DNA from: Podarcis gaigeae
Taxonomy: Eukaryota
DNA length: 64,000 nt
Assembly: GCA_964106915.2 (NCBI GenBank)
Contig: OZ066926.1
Reading direction: 5' to 3' (one strand)
The stretch's first letter is position 1. Each line of letters opens with the position of its first letter. Below the pieces are notes generated by a model that did no database searches, had not been told where the DNA came from, and saw nothing but the letters and a program-made list of their open reading frames with translations. The position numbers and the translations under genes were made by a program. Shown here one piece after another: positions 24,983 to 38,228 of the stretch.

Positions 24983-27843
24983 AATAGGTATAATTAGAAA
25001 AAGGGCCTTAATTTACAAACTAGGGCTTTAAAGAGCCATACATTCATCTCAGAACCAAAACTTAAAGCCTGGGCAATGTTCTTAAACCAAGAATGCTGAC
25101 TGTGCCACTGCTGCCAGATCACTGCCGCTTCTACTGCTGTCTCCCACCGCTGTGGTGAGGCCTTCCAGCCTGCTACTGATTTTGCTACCACCGCCAGGCC
25201 ACTGCTTTAATTGCCACTGCTGCTATTGCCACTGATGCAGCAAAGTCTCACAGGCTGCTACTGCTGTTGCCTCCCACCACCATGAAAAGGCCTTGCAGGC
25301 CATCAGCACTTCTGCTACCGCTGCCATGAGGCTTCACAAACCACAGCTGCGACTGCTGCCACCAGGTCAAATATTATGAAACAGTTATCACAATGTAAAC
25401 TTCAAACTGGTTTTAGACAATATATCCCTCTGTCACCCAGTCTTAGTGAGCATCAAAATCACCTGCTAAAACAGAGTCTTATTTACCGTCATTTTAGCAG
25501 GTGACACCATGCAAATTTGCATAGCACCCCCTGTAAATGGATGGAGAACCACTCCCTTTTAGCATCACTTTGCAAGGTGTTTTTAAGTCCCCTCTTCAGG
25601 ACTTCAGAGTATCTTGAAAAGGTGGGTGACCCTGCACACCTATCAAATTTGGTCTGCAAAGCTGATCCTGAAAAGGATTTGGCCCATGATGCCAAGATGT
25701 TTCCCCATACCTGTTGTAGAGTCTGTGTACTCCCTGCATAGAATTACCACCACAGGTTAAAGTGGGAGTTTGCTTAATCCCCAAATATATGCTCCTGTGA
25801 GAAAGACAGTGTTTGCAGAAAAGGAGCCTTTACATATGAGTTGTGGCGAATCACTACAAAAAGGGAGTTACTGAAACAAAAGAGGTACGTGATGAGATGG
25901 GCTCCATACATACAAAATACCATGCACTTATTCTGATTAAATCGTTTTGAATAACCAGTTTTTCCAAGGAAATGGCAGTGCAGTTTAGAATCCTAGTCTA
26001 CCTGTAAGTGTATGCATTGCACACTTTCATCACTGCAAGTACATGCAGCCCAAACACTGAATCATATTATCGTGTAACAAACTATTTAAAAAAGAATCAG
26101 AGATCTAGCATTCCAATTGTCTCTACAATTTGGGCTCTTTAAAGGAGGCATAAATAACTGATTAATAATAATCAATTATTATTACTCACTACCATCCAAA
26201 TACCCTCCAACATTTCCTGGATAAAGTGTTTAAGTTAACAGTCAAAATCTAAATCACTTGCAATATAGCATCCTTTAGAAATTAACCAGTCTGGATTCTG
26301 AAGGGCATTTGTGACTTTTGAGTTATATCAATACAAAACTCACACACAACATTCCCAAGTACAGCAATTGTGAGGACATCTATGTTGACCAGAAACAGAT
26401 TTCACATCCTGGGGGGCATACTTGTTACAACAAAGAGTACTCTGTGGTACCTTCAGGATTTAACAAATTTATTATAAATTTTGTGGACCGCAGTCCATTC
26501 ATTTGATGCATGAAGTGTAATTGTGAATTGGTAAGCACTGGCAAACACATGGCTGAGGGGAGCAAAGTCAAATGGAAATGAAATTCATAATGAACAGTGC
26601 CTCAAAGCAAGATAATTGCAGTGACCAATTAACAAGGCAGTGTTGATGACAGCACCAACATCCTGGCATTGGTATCCAATTAACATATGTACTGGATTGT
26701 AATTCATCTGTTTCATGCTGGACTTTCCTTTTAGAGATCTTTGGGTTTTATATTCCTGTGTGATTTACATCTAATGCTACTTCAGCAATGTCAGACCAGC
26801 CACAGAGCATTCCTTAAGTGACCAGGGAGAGCTGCCACCCCATTGATTTTAAAGAGTGTTCATACTCCTGTTCCTATCTCACCAATTCCCCTCTCAGTTC
26901 TGATAGTATACGAGTTACAGGTGCATATGCTCAACTATATCAACATGGCTTCTTCACTACTAGAGTGGAATAGAAACGATTAAGTATTGGTTTTTCTCTT
27001 GCTGTAAACCGAGGCCATTGTCAAAAAATAAGGAGGCAGCCTACTGAGCAGTACTCTATTGTTTGCTTTGCTGCAGAGCTAAGTGATTATTTTCTCCATA
27101 GGAGCCACACCTTCAGAACAGACATTCTTAACAAATGTTCTCATTCTGGTACAGAGACCAACTAGCTTTCTTCCACAAAAGAGGGGAGGAAAGGGAGGGT
27201 TTCATTATTACTGTAATGACCTGATTGTGACAAGCAGACATGAGGAGTAGGAAAACAATGCTTAATGGACAGCCCATATGGTATCAATTCATGATGTAAA
27301 AATAGGTGATTGCCCAACAGGCTTGCAAGCATAACATTATTTTTAAAATGTCTTGAAAACCACATGCAGTTTGAAATATTTCACTTAACCTCTTAAGTGA
27401 CTGGGAACATAAATTTCAGGAGAGATTTGTGTATATAATACCATAGCTCTCAAAATATATAGACAGCTTCATAAGGAACCAGGTCACAGAAATTAAGAGT
27501 TCAGAGAGTGAGAGTTTAAATGGGTGGTCTATGACTAGACAATACATCCTGCGGATCACCAGCTTGTGGAGAGTGCCTAGCCTTAAGCAGAGGCAGGGCA
27601 CACATACAATCAAGAGAGTCATACCCAGCTTGAGGACTGCTTCTGCAAAGATGGTGTTCTTGGTTTGAGGAAAAACTACTTTTAGGTGAGGCAGGGAAGG
27701 AAATGGTTTAAATCTGTATGAAAGCAGGATGTTTGGCTCTGACCATTTTCTACCCCTGCAATTGCATTTCAAATGGGTGGCTTACACAATTACTACTTTC
27801 TGGAGGAAGGTTCACACAGCGGTGCAGCTAAGTACTTCTAGAT

Positions 27844-28169
27844 CAGGAGTCAGCAACCTTTTTCAGACGTGGGCCAGTCCACCATCCCTCAGACCATGTG
27901 GTGGGCCGGACTGTATTTTGGGGAAAAAATAAAAAATGAACAAATTCCTATGCCCCACAAATAACCCAGAGATGCATTTTAAATAAAAGCACACATTCTA
28001 CTCATGTAAAAACACCAGGCAGCCCCACAAATAACCCAGAGATGCATTTTAAATACAAGGACACATTCTACTCATGTAAAAACACGCTGATTCCTGGACC
28101 ATCTGCGGGCCAGACTGAGAAGGCGATTGGGCCGCATCCGGCCCATGGGCCTCAGGTTGCCTACCTCTG
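27844..28169. mobile_element. hAT non-autonomous element with 8-bp TSD and 70-bp-period internal repeat
   Basis: CAGGAGTCAGCAACCT..AGGTTGCCTACCTCTG; TSD TTCTAGAT/TTCTAGAC. Confidence 0.85.
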
Positions 28170-28722
28170 TTCTAGACCTTGTACTAAATGGTCTTACGGG
28201 AAGTGGGGACACCTTATATGACCATGAGTGTCATCTCTCCACCTTGCGTCACTTCATTCATTGCAAGTGATTAAATATTCCAGCATTGTTAGAGCAAAAA
28301 CACAAACAAAGTAGCTTGACAACCTTGATAAAGTAAGAAAATAGAAAACATGCAGTTGTGATATTTAAACTCGCTTAAATCACTGCACTATCCTGACTAC
28401 AGGAAGAAAATGCAATTTGATTCTGCTGCCTTGATGGGAATGTACAAACTTTGTTCTAGAAAAACAGTATTGTATATTTTAAAGTTGAAAAAAGAATCAA
28501 ATTAGCATCTGCAATCATGTACTTGTCTGGTCAGCCACCTCTAGCATATAAAAAGCTTAAAATAAGTGGAGGGATGGAAGGATGCTACAAAGATAGTATC
28601 AGGCCTGGTGGGCTTTGGCATGCCCATGCCAGCCCAGGTGTTGATACCTGGCTTCTTTGCCACTGGGGGATCAAGGGCTTCTATTCATATAGAAGCCTTT
28701 GACCAGTCCAGGAGCAGAGTCA

Positions 28723-28912
28723 CACCATGCATTTAAAGCACATTCCACATCAATTTAAGGCACATGGCTCCCCCCCAAAGAATCCTGGAAAGTGTAGTTT
28801 GTTAAGGTTGTTGGGAATTGTAGCTCTCTGAGGGTGGAACTATAGTTCCCAGGATTCTTTGGGGGAAGTCATGAATATTAAATGTGCACTGAATATGCTT
28901 TAAATGTATGGT
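28723..28912. mobile_element. Palindromic MITE
   Basis: ACCATGCATTTAAAGCA.. / ..TGCTTTAAATGTATGGT ends; inner CCCCCAAAGAATCCTGG / CCAGGATTCTTTGGGGG inverted pair. Confidence 0.7.
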
Positions 28913-31900
28913 ATGGATGTACCCCAGGTGATCTTTCTTTTAATTCTGAAGATGTTTGACTTGGCTACTGTTTGATATTATTTTATTGTCCAAGCATTAA
29001 CAGATTTTTATCTGCTCTTCAATTCACAGGTAAGGTGTTATTTGACTAAAGTCAGTCACTGATTTCAATGGTTCTTCTCTGAGTATGATTCTGTTGGGTA
29101 CCACCCATCATTATGTATTTTTAGTGTGCTTTTATTCTGGTTATTAGCTTCCTTGAGTGTGTGGACAGAAATGAAGGATACTGAAAAAGCAAACAATTTC
29201 TGTCAGATCATCAAACATACGGAGAGATGTACTACCAGATGGCAGCTTCCCCTGGAGACTCAAAGTCTGACCATCTTTCTGAAGAACTATTTACTCAAGT
29301 TATCTTTGGTGGCAACAGGCAAGGGTTCATTTGATTAAAGGGTGGGGCTGAAATGTACACTGTATCTAGTTGTCTGAGTACCTCTGTGTTTTTGTGTTAA
29401 GGGCTGGTACAGTGCAGTGGCTAAAATAGTGAACCTCTTAGTTTAGACAACAATGCTCTGTGGCCTCGGGCAAGCCATTTGTCAAAGCACAGTATCTGCA
29501 AAAATGGGAATAATACTACAGGCTTGTTGTAAGGATCACCAAGATGTTTGTAAACACTGAAAAGCTCAAATGCACACAAATGTATTGTATATGAGGAGGA
29601 TACTGTACCCAACTATTGCCTCTCAGAATCATCTATACTGTCATCTTCATGCCAATTAACTTTGGATGCTCAGAGGTGCCACTGGCTTTTCCCACAATAT
29701 CTACCAGTGGGAGGCACTCACAGGGTATGCTTCCAAGAATACATAAGTGATCAAATGTCAAATATGAATGCAGCTCTGGGTACTTCAGAACATCTTCCTA
29801 TCAGCTGGGCAGACACATCCTGCAATTCCCTTGTTATTCAAAAAGTGGAAAGGGGAAATTATACCTGATTAATTTTACTCAGTTTTTCACACTGTTATCT
29901 GAAGAAATCATCCCTCCTGCCATGGGACCTACTCAAACACTCCTGAGGCAGAAACTATCTACAGTAAAAAAGAATTTTACAACCACTGTGAAATACTGTG
30001 AAAAATAACTTCAGTGTATGTACTGACAGATACTATATATAATCCTTAAAGTTCTACTTGAAACCCTTTTTGAAAAGCAGTGGCTCACAACCTCAACTAT
30101 TCACACCACTACTGTAAAGATGAGCTGCAAAGAACATGTATCAATCACACAGATTCAGAAATTATATATAATCTCTCATATCACACTGCTCATTTTGCAC
30201 CATTCCACCTACAGCCAATTTATAGAAATCATTGTATGTCTCTAGATCTAATATAATGATGACTCATATATAATGGCTAGTCTTTTATGCACTATTCCCT
30301 ACTTTCAAGGGTTATGTAGAGACTAAATTGTAAAAGCAGATTGCAAATCATCTTTCTTTGAAAGGCTTTAAAGAAGATTCTATGAGAGATACTTTAGAAA
30401 TTCCCTCCCCTCCCCGACATCAGATGTTTTCTACGAACACAGTATTTTGAAGGAGCCTGTGAAAGTAACCTACTCCCTCCAGTAAGATTAGTTTGTTAGA
30501 ATTACTGTTTACAGGGTTCTCTGCAATACTACTCAATATACTAGATATGTGACCATATTTTCTGCCACAATTTTCTTCTTTCAACACCTATGCCTGAATA
30601 TGTCTTGCATAACTCAACTCAATCTTGAACATTATCTAGCACGTAATTCTTTTTTCACCACGATACTGTCGTTGATAGCTATTTCAGCTAACTATTGTTT
30701 AGCAATAAGGGAGGGACATGATCACAAATCACTCTCCCCCAACACTCCACCCTCAACCATGGCTTGATCAACCATGGCTTGATGTCACATGTGATAATTA
30801 AGAACACCCCCTAAACACCAGTTAACCATGGTTATTATTTTGGGAACATTATGCCTGCACCCCTTATGACTCTGATCTGGCAGAGAGACTTATTACCTGG
30901 TCTATTTTTACTGGAATAGAGGTCTTTAGTTATTACAAGTGCGGGCAAAACATTCCCTAGTTTGAGATGTTTGTACAGATTTGGTGATAAATGTCTTGTG
31001 ATCAAGTCAGCATCTCTGGGGTTCCCTGCTGCCATAAAACAATGGGAGATCTGATTTAGTGTGTTGGTTTCACTTACATTGAATGAACAAGACTTTTAAA
31101 AGTATGTCATGCTAATATTATGTACTAAGTATCTGAATAGTTTCTCCAAAAGTCAGTTAACTTAAATATTTGCCTGGAGAGGAGAATTCAAGCTGCTACA
31201 TTCAATGTGGTTTAAGTGTTAGATTCAAACAAATTTGAATCTTTATTTGGAAATTATCTTTATTAAGCTACTTTTAAATAATTTATTAAAACAACTCAGT
31301 AACATATAGTCGACTCTCAGCTTATGTGGGGGTTAAATTCCATGGACAGTGCATAAAGCCAAAATCATGTATAGGCAAGACACACTCTCCCTGCACCTCC
31401 AAGCACTCTCCCAAGGTGAGTGCAGTGGCAGGTGGGATTGCCAATGTTTGTTTGTTTTAATAGATGCCTGCCCCTATTTATTTATTTGTTTGTTTAATTT
31501 AAATGCATGTAAGTTGCAAGTCAATTGTATAAAATTATAAAGAAAAAAATTAAGGCACTGAAAACTATTTTACCATACTAAATTTAGTATCTCTCAAGAG
31601 CTGTGTGCATAAGCATGTGCTTTCTAGGGCTAGTCACTTCATAAATAGCCAATTACAACCATGATTTTATATTTCATTAGTATTATATTCATTTCAGTTG
31701 CCAAATTTGCACAGTACTCATTTCTAAAAGTGGAACATTTTCCATGGAAAAAATATCACTTGAAAAATTTCCAGAAATGTTTTCACCCCACAGCACTGTA
31801 ACAATATATTTGGTCTACAAATATTTGCATTAGTAAGTAGTCTCTCTCTGTATACAAGCTGGAAATTAGCTATCGTTCCATTGTATCTAATTACATGTTC

Positions 31901-32581
31901 TACATAACTCAAAGACTAAAATATTCATTTACTAACAGAAATTGGTCCAACAAAACTCTCTCATATTATTTCCGGTTTCCATTTTTACATATATCTTTGT
32001 ATGCACATTTTCCCAATTGGGTTATGCCTCCTTTCCTCTCCCTCACAAGAATACCATGTAGACATCTATAATTAGAATAAGCAACCATAACACACACATT
32101 TGAATGTTAAGGTTCCCAACTGTACATCTCCCTTGGACACCGCTTTTGGAAAAAAACATTCCCAGTGCTACCCAAAACACTGTTTATCAGTTCCAATACA
32201 TACTTTTCACAGGGGAAAGGCCTGGGAATACATTCCCCTTCTCATATAATTAAACAATTAATCTCAATGGGAAAAAAATACTAGTGTCAAATCACAAGAA
32301 CCCCTCCATGTATCTAAACTCTCCCCTCAATTTTCAGATTACAAGATGGTGTAAAAAATAATGAAATTGTTGTGTGCAGCTGATTCTTACTTCTGTTCCC
32401 TGCAAGTCACAAAACTTCAGTTAGTGACCTTTTTTATTTGAACTCGGTTACCAATCAACATTTTCCTGGGCTATTTAGTCAATGGAAATCAATGAACATG
32501 CACTCTTTTTGTTTAATTTGCATTCAACTTCCAATAGTACCCATTAAAAGTAAGAGAATGAAACCAAAACATTGCTTTTAC

Positions 32582-32647
32582 CTGTCTCAGTTTCTGGATG
32601 AAGACGCCGCTCTTTTTCATTCTGCAGAACTTATCACCTTGTGCCAT
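32582..32647 (-). CDS. FBXL20: Candidate alternative first coding exon of FBXL20 (MAQGDKFCRMKKSGVFIQKLRQ)
   Basis: Two in-frame ATGs (32647, 32620), open to CAG|gtaaaa, phase 0; in-frame TGA upstream. Confidence 0.33.
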
Positions 32648-33318
32648 ATGCTGCCTAAGTCATCCAGTACTTTGACTCAGTTACTTTTATTTTTCCTTTC
32701 TGGACCAGAAAGTAAAGAAGTAGCTGTGCCCAAAGCAGAAGTTCCTTCTGAGCTGAGTTAGTCTCCTCCCTGTATTCAAGTTATTCCTTGGTCACACTGT
32801 TGAAAGATTACACTTGGGCAGCACTTTATTTTCCTCCCTCATGAAATCCCCACAGAAAGAGACTTGAACCATCTTATTGCTCTTATTTGTGTCAAGGATG
32901 CTGCCTCCTCCGCACTGTGGCTATCAATTCAGGAAAGGGGGGGGGGAGGGAGAGCTGTTACGACAAAGAACTGGATGAATCTCTGGCTAGATAGGGTGCT
33001 TTTGTGTGATGCCAGATCATGTCAATTATGTGCCATGTTTTCCTGAATAGTTCACTGTTTACCCTTTGCTTGCTCTGTTTGCACTATTTACAGCATCTTC
33101 ATCCTTCAGGATTCTCCTTTTCAATTTCAGAATAGTAAAGCAACAGTAGTCCTGGACTGTACCACATTTATATATTCTGATATTAAACACATGCACCAAC
33201 CACCAGTCATGTTTCCTTTAAAGCTATTTAGCAATCTGTTTTGCATAATGTCCACAAACACACAGGGTCAGCACCACACATTGCAAACCAGTCACCCATC
33301 CTGTCAAAGAGCTACAGG

Positions 33319-33892
33319 TTCCCTAAAAAACCAGAGGCCTTCTTATTAGGTATTATTGGGGAGGAAATTAGGAAGGAAGATAAAATCTTATTTCAATATT
33401 CAACAGCAGCGGCCAGAATGTTAATTGCCCAAAACTGGAAAAGTACAAATATACCAACGGTGAGGGAGTGGCAAACGAAACTATATGACTTTGTCGAATT
33501 GGCAAAAATGACGCAGAGAATCAGAAACCAAAAGAATACAAAGTTGAATAATGATTGGACTAAATTCATGGCATATATAGAAGGCAATTATAGAAACCTA
33601 CCAACTACAGCAGGTATATTATAAAACTTCCGATGTATAAACTAATAACCAATATCAGCTGAAAAAACGAAATCTTTAAAACTAGGAGTCCGAAATCAGG
33701 AGGGAAGGAAGTCAGATAGTGAATGTTATGTATTAGTTTAATTTTTATTCATTCCTTTTTTTTGACTTGCCCCCCCTTTTTTCTCTTTTGTGTTGGTGCA
33801 TTTTTGTTTTTTTATTTAATGTTTATGTGCTATTTTCTTTTTTGTGTATGTGATGAATGAAACTTAATAAAAAGAATTTTTTTTAAAAAAAG
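33319..33892 (+). mobile_element. 5'-truncated L1-type LINE (ORF2 C-terminus, 3'UTR, A-rich tail)
   Basis: Open FPKKPEAFLLG...AAARMLIAQNWK..PTVREW..TAA(33624), T-rich UTR, AATAAA at 33866; TSD AGAGCTACAGG at 33308-33318 and 33893-33903. Confidence 0.85.
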
Positions 33893-35639
33893 AGAGCTAC
33901 AGGCTCCACAATGCCCTTTAATCACATTCACATTTGTTACTTCAAAATACACCAAGGCATCAAAGCTACAGGATCTTCCTTACTCTAAACCCACTATATT
34001 GGCCATATGTCAGAGCACATGTATGTGCTCATGTGCATACCTCCCTGACCACTGGTCAGCGTCTGAAAACAGTTGTGATTAATATACAGCTGTCATTTGC
34101 TAAGCTGATGTGACCAATACTCATTTTGTCAGCATACAATTTAATGAACTTTAGCCCCACATGGACAGATATACCTATTTACATATTACTTTAAACCCTC
34201 AAATTTTGCTCTTTTACAAACACACAGAAATAGACTATGTATTCCACATCCTGGAACACTATGCTCCTCCTTTCTTGCATGCCCTTCCTTATCGCCTAGC
34301 TGCCCACCTTCCTTTTCCAGACCAGGAGGATCCCCTTTGTCTATATATTAATTAGGCCCTTAGTATCCATAAACAAACAGCACAAAACTGGTCATGCCAG
34401 CAGCATTAAGACTGGTTCCCTGGCCCTACCCTCTCCATTTCATGCTTCTGTCCTTGCATGATTCCCTCCCCGCCCCCCCACCCAGTGACATGAAGTCCAC
34501 AAATACTCCAGAGAATCTCCCACTACTCTGAAGTATCACCCCCCTCTAATCCCTACACCTTTCTCCTGTTTTATCTCCCCCACTTAAGTGGGACATAAAC
34601 TGGGAGATGACTTTTCCCCCTAGCCAGCTTAGCTAGCCTCCTGATGAGACCCTTTCCTGCCACTACCTAGGAACTGCAGCTTTTATTTTCTTTACATATA
34701 CCAAGTAAAGGTTGTCTAGACAGAACATTAGAGCTGTTGAATTTTCCACTGCTATGCTTCCTGTGGATTGCCTATATCTTCAACAACAGCAGCCTGTGTA
34801 TAAGAGTGCACTTAGGATGCACTTGAGGATGAACTGAAAATTAGTTGGACAAGTAATTGAAAAGTGCCATCCCCTTCTAGCAGTTTCTGAACAAAGTTAG
34901 AATCTTAACAGTACCTTCCAACCCTCAAGAACCTTCACAGGAGACTGAGGATATCTGTAATATGCCCTCTTTTAAACAGCCCTGGGAGTCTGTTTACACA
35001 CACACACAACTCTTCCCTTCATTGGTAGGGCATAAATTATGTGGGTAAAGTGTGCCTGCCTTAACACTGTTCAGGAGCCTCCACATGCCTATAACTTGTT
35101 TCTCTCCCAATTCTAATCTAGTCCCAGCACACTTCTACAGCAGCTCTGCAACCTCCTTCTATTATCTCTACCACAGCTCCAAACACATACTTCCAAATAA
35201 CTAAATTTCTGCTGGCTACAACCTGCCAATTCACCCCATCCCTAAACACCTGAAGAATAACATTTTCAGGTTAGACCCTGCCCCACCTCACAGTCTGCTC
35301 TTCAAGTTCTGGTTAATTTCACCCCACACCCAAAATAATAATAATGCATTAATGTCCATGTTCCTCCACTGTGCATATAATCAAGGCAGCCCCAATCCTG
35401 AGACTTTCACTGCCGCTCCCACAGTGCTTAGGCTCCTCCCCTTCCTCTTCAAGCTCATTCTCCACCCATCCTGCCCCACTCCCAGTGGAAGTGGGTGGGA
35501 TCCCAAACTCTGTTAACGAACCTCCTCGCCGCACCTTCCCTACATGTACCGTGGTGCCACTAAACACACACACCAGACTTCCTAACGTAATACTTCCTTT
35601 CCCCTCTAGTGCACATCCTTCCCACTAGCGATATCCCAC

Positions 35640-37165
35640 AGAATGGCACGGGCGGGGCGAGGGAAGCCTTCCATCTGCGTAACCTATCACGACTGACTCC
35701 ACCCCACCCAATATACACAGTGTTTCCCTGTTATTTGCCTCTCTACAGGCTTACCTATTCAAAGTCGACTACATACACCTTTTCCAGTTTTGTTCGAGGG
35801 AAAGGATCTCCTCCAGCGGAATGCCCTCGCGTCGACGGGAGAAGAAACCACATTACACTTGTACATGTAATCTCCCTCATTGTAATCACGACAGGCAACC
35901 CTCCCACCCCCACCCCACTTAGGGGAACTTGTCGCCCTCTTCTTCCGCGGTCAGTTTTCTTCTCTGGTGTCTGGTAGGCGAGGAAAGGGAATTTCCTTCA
36001 GCCTCATCTAGTCGCCTCCCTTCCCCCATTTAAAACCCTCCCAGGGGACACACAAACACCGCCCCATATCTTCGGCCACCGCTTTATCGCCCCTCCAGAT
36101 CTGGGATGTCCCCCCCCCCTTTCTTTTGAAAGGAGGAGGGAGAAACGAGAATAGGGGAAGGGAAATCTCCTTCGGTGAAATCTAACGCCCCCTCCCCACT
36201 GCCCCATTCATAACCGAACAAACCAGCCCTGCACCACCACCTTCCCTCTCCCCACCCCGGGAAACTTTGGGAAGGCCCAGCCGATGCTCCCTCCGCTCAC
36301 CTCAAACCGGCTCTTGGTGACTCCGTTCATTTCCCTCCTCATGGTGAAGGCCCTGCGGGGGTCGGCTCGGGTGAGAGCAGGCCAGGCCGAGCCGGGCCTG
36401 GCCCCCCCGGCTCCTGAACGGCGGCGTCAGCAGCGGCCGCCCGCTCAGCCCCGCGGCCTCCCTTCGCGCTGCGGGGCTGAAGGAGGCGCAGCAGGAGGCG
36501 GAAAGCCCGTCGTCGCCCGTCTGTCTCCCTAGACCAGCGGCGAGGGCCCGGGCGGCGTTAAGGCTCCTCAGCGGGTGCGGTTGAGGGAGGGGGGGGGTCG
36601 ACCGGCCGGAGCCCCCTCCGCCGACTAGGCCCACTCCAGAAGGGAGGGGGGAGCAAAGAGAAAGCGAGCGAGAGAGAGAGAGAGAGAGTTCGGCCTTCGT
36701 CAACTACAACTACTACTTCTTCTCCTTTACCCAAAACAAAAACACTCCGCACCTGCCAGCAACAGCGCCGCTCATTGGACGAGGGAGGCGCAGGCCGGGG
36801 AGGGGAAAGAGCACGGCCGGCGCGCGCCTCTGCGCGCGCGGGTGGTGGGAGGAGGAGCGAGTGCGCGCGCCCACCCCAGCTCCCGGGGACAAGGCGAAGA
36901 AGCCGGGAGGGTCCTGGTCTTCCTTTTCTCCCCGCCCCGCACCCCTCCTCAACTCTGGTCTGGGCAGGTGAAGCGACCGCCTCCCGCCGCCAACACTGAA
37001 CCTATGCACGTTTCAATGACGGTCGTCGCATCGCCGCGCAGGATTTCGGTTCCGATCCTACGCACGTGCGCGGCTCACGGGTGAAGCCGTTCGTCCCTAC
37101 CGAGCTCGGTGAGGCGTGTAGATATGTTTTCAACGCGCGCGCACTGGCACATTTCGGTTGCGCTC
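35640..37165. promoter_or_regulatory. FBXL20: CpG island / FBXL20 promoter and 5'UTR
   Basis: Only long GC- and CpG-dense tract in the window. CCAAT box on minus strand (36774-36778), GCGC-rich NRF1-like tracts (~36820-36870), palindromic CGCACGTGCG E-box (37061-37070), (GA)n at ~36670-36688. Boundaries approximate. Confidence 0.9.
36301..36342 (-). CDS. FBXL20: FBXL20 coding exon 1
   Basis: cacc ATG ... GAG|gtgagc, 42 nt, MRREMNGVTKSRFE (mammalian FBXL20 starts MRRDVNGVTKSRFE); inside the CpG island; phase 0 to exon 2. Confidence 0.95.
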
Positions 37166-37771
37166 AGCAGTGGGGACATGCTCCCAAGCAGCTCTTGTGA
37201 CTGGCATCCTTATTGATCTTAACGTTGTGCTGAATGGATCAACAAAAGGAGCTGCTTCTTCTTTGCCATCAGTTAAAATGCTTCAAACGCAGCTAAACCT
37301 TTTTTCTCTTTTTAATTTTCTCTACCTTTTCCTCTGGGTTGGAATTATTATTCCCTGGGGTGCCCCTTGCAGCAAGCTGTTTAGCTTCAGCATCCCATCA
37401 GGTGCCTTCAGATCATTCTCTTGAGCAACAAGATGAAAGCTTCCAGTTAATAAGATTTGGCTCCTTTATTCTTGGGGGGAGGATTAATTCCTGTGGCATG
37501 GTGTCTCATCCAGCTATTGTATATATTGAGGGGGGGGGGGGACACACACGACATTCTCTAACCAGGATAAGTAACTGCCTCACTCCCTTGAATCCAAATT
37601 CTGCCAAGATCTGATGGATTGGTAGATTGAGCGAGTTGTGGACCACCTGCACTCACTAGGTTGGCTTTCAGCAAGCCGATTATCCTATCAGCTTCACATT
37701 TTGGTGGGGGGGGGGGGTTGGAAATACATATATACAGGATGGTTGCCATATACTGGTAGTGATGATACAAG

Positions 37772-37939
37772 CAGTTTGACAGTGGAACGAACTGCTTTAA
37801 AAGGTGATGGATTCTCCTTCACTAGAGGCTTTAAAGCAGAGAATGGAAGACTAGCTACTGGGGTGCAACAGCAGAGGATTTCTGCAAAAGCAAGGGGTTG
37901 GACTAAGGTTACCTTTGAGGTCCCTTCCATATATTCTTA
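37772..37939 (+). mobile_element. CR1 LINE 3' end
   Basis: QWNEL..VMDSPSLEAFKQR remnant; GGGGTTGGACTA..GAGGTCCCTTCCA terminal hairpin. Confidence 0.75.
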
Positions 37940-38228
37940 CTAATTTACTGTACAAGGGCTATTGTAAGGATTACTGAAAGGACTGCGCGTGAAACTGCAT
38001 GTACTGGAAAACCTGAAATTACACTGTATAAATGTCAAGCATTCTTACTACTGTTAATTATTAAACAAAACTATTAAGCTTTTACTCCGATACCATGCAT
38101 TGAAAACGACCAAAACAATTAAATGATACTTTTGCCAGTTGTTTACTCAAACGGGAACAAAAGAAGTTGATTTAACATTTAGAAATTTATCTTATTTGTA
38201 TATGAACAATAAAGCTCTTCTACAAACC

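Noticed and set aside
27952-28085. CRISPR-like repeat-spacer pattern
   Set aside because: Only two units inside a hAT element in eukaryotic DNA; no unique spacers or cas genes.
36753-36775. ATG AGC GGC...GCAG|gtgcgg as an upstream coding exon
   Set aside because: 23 nt is out of frame with exon 2, and the ATG is part of the CCAATGAG box.
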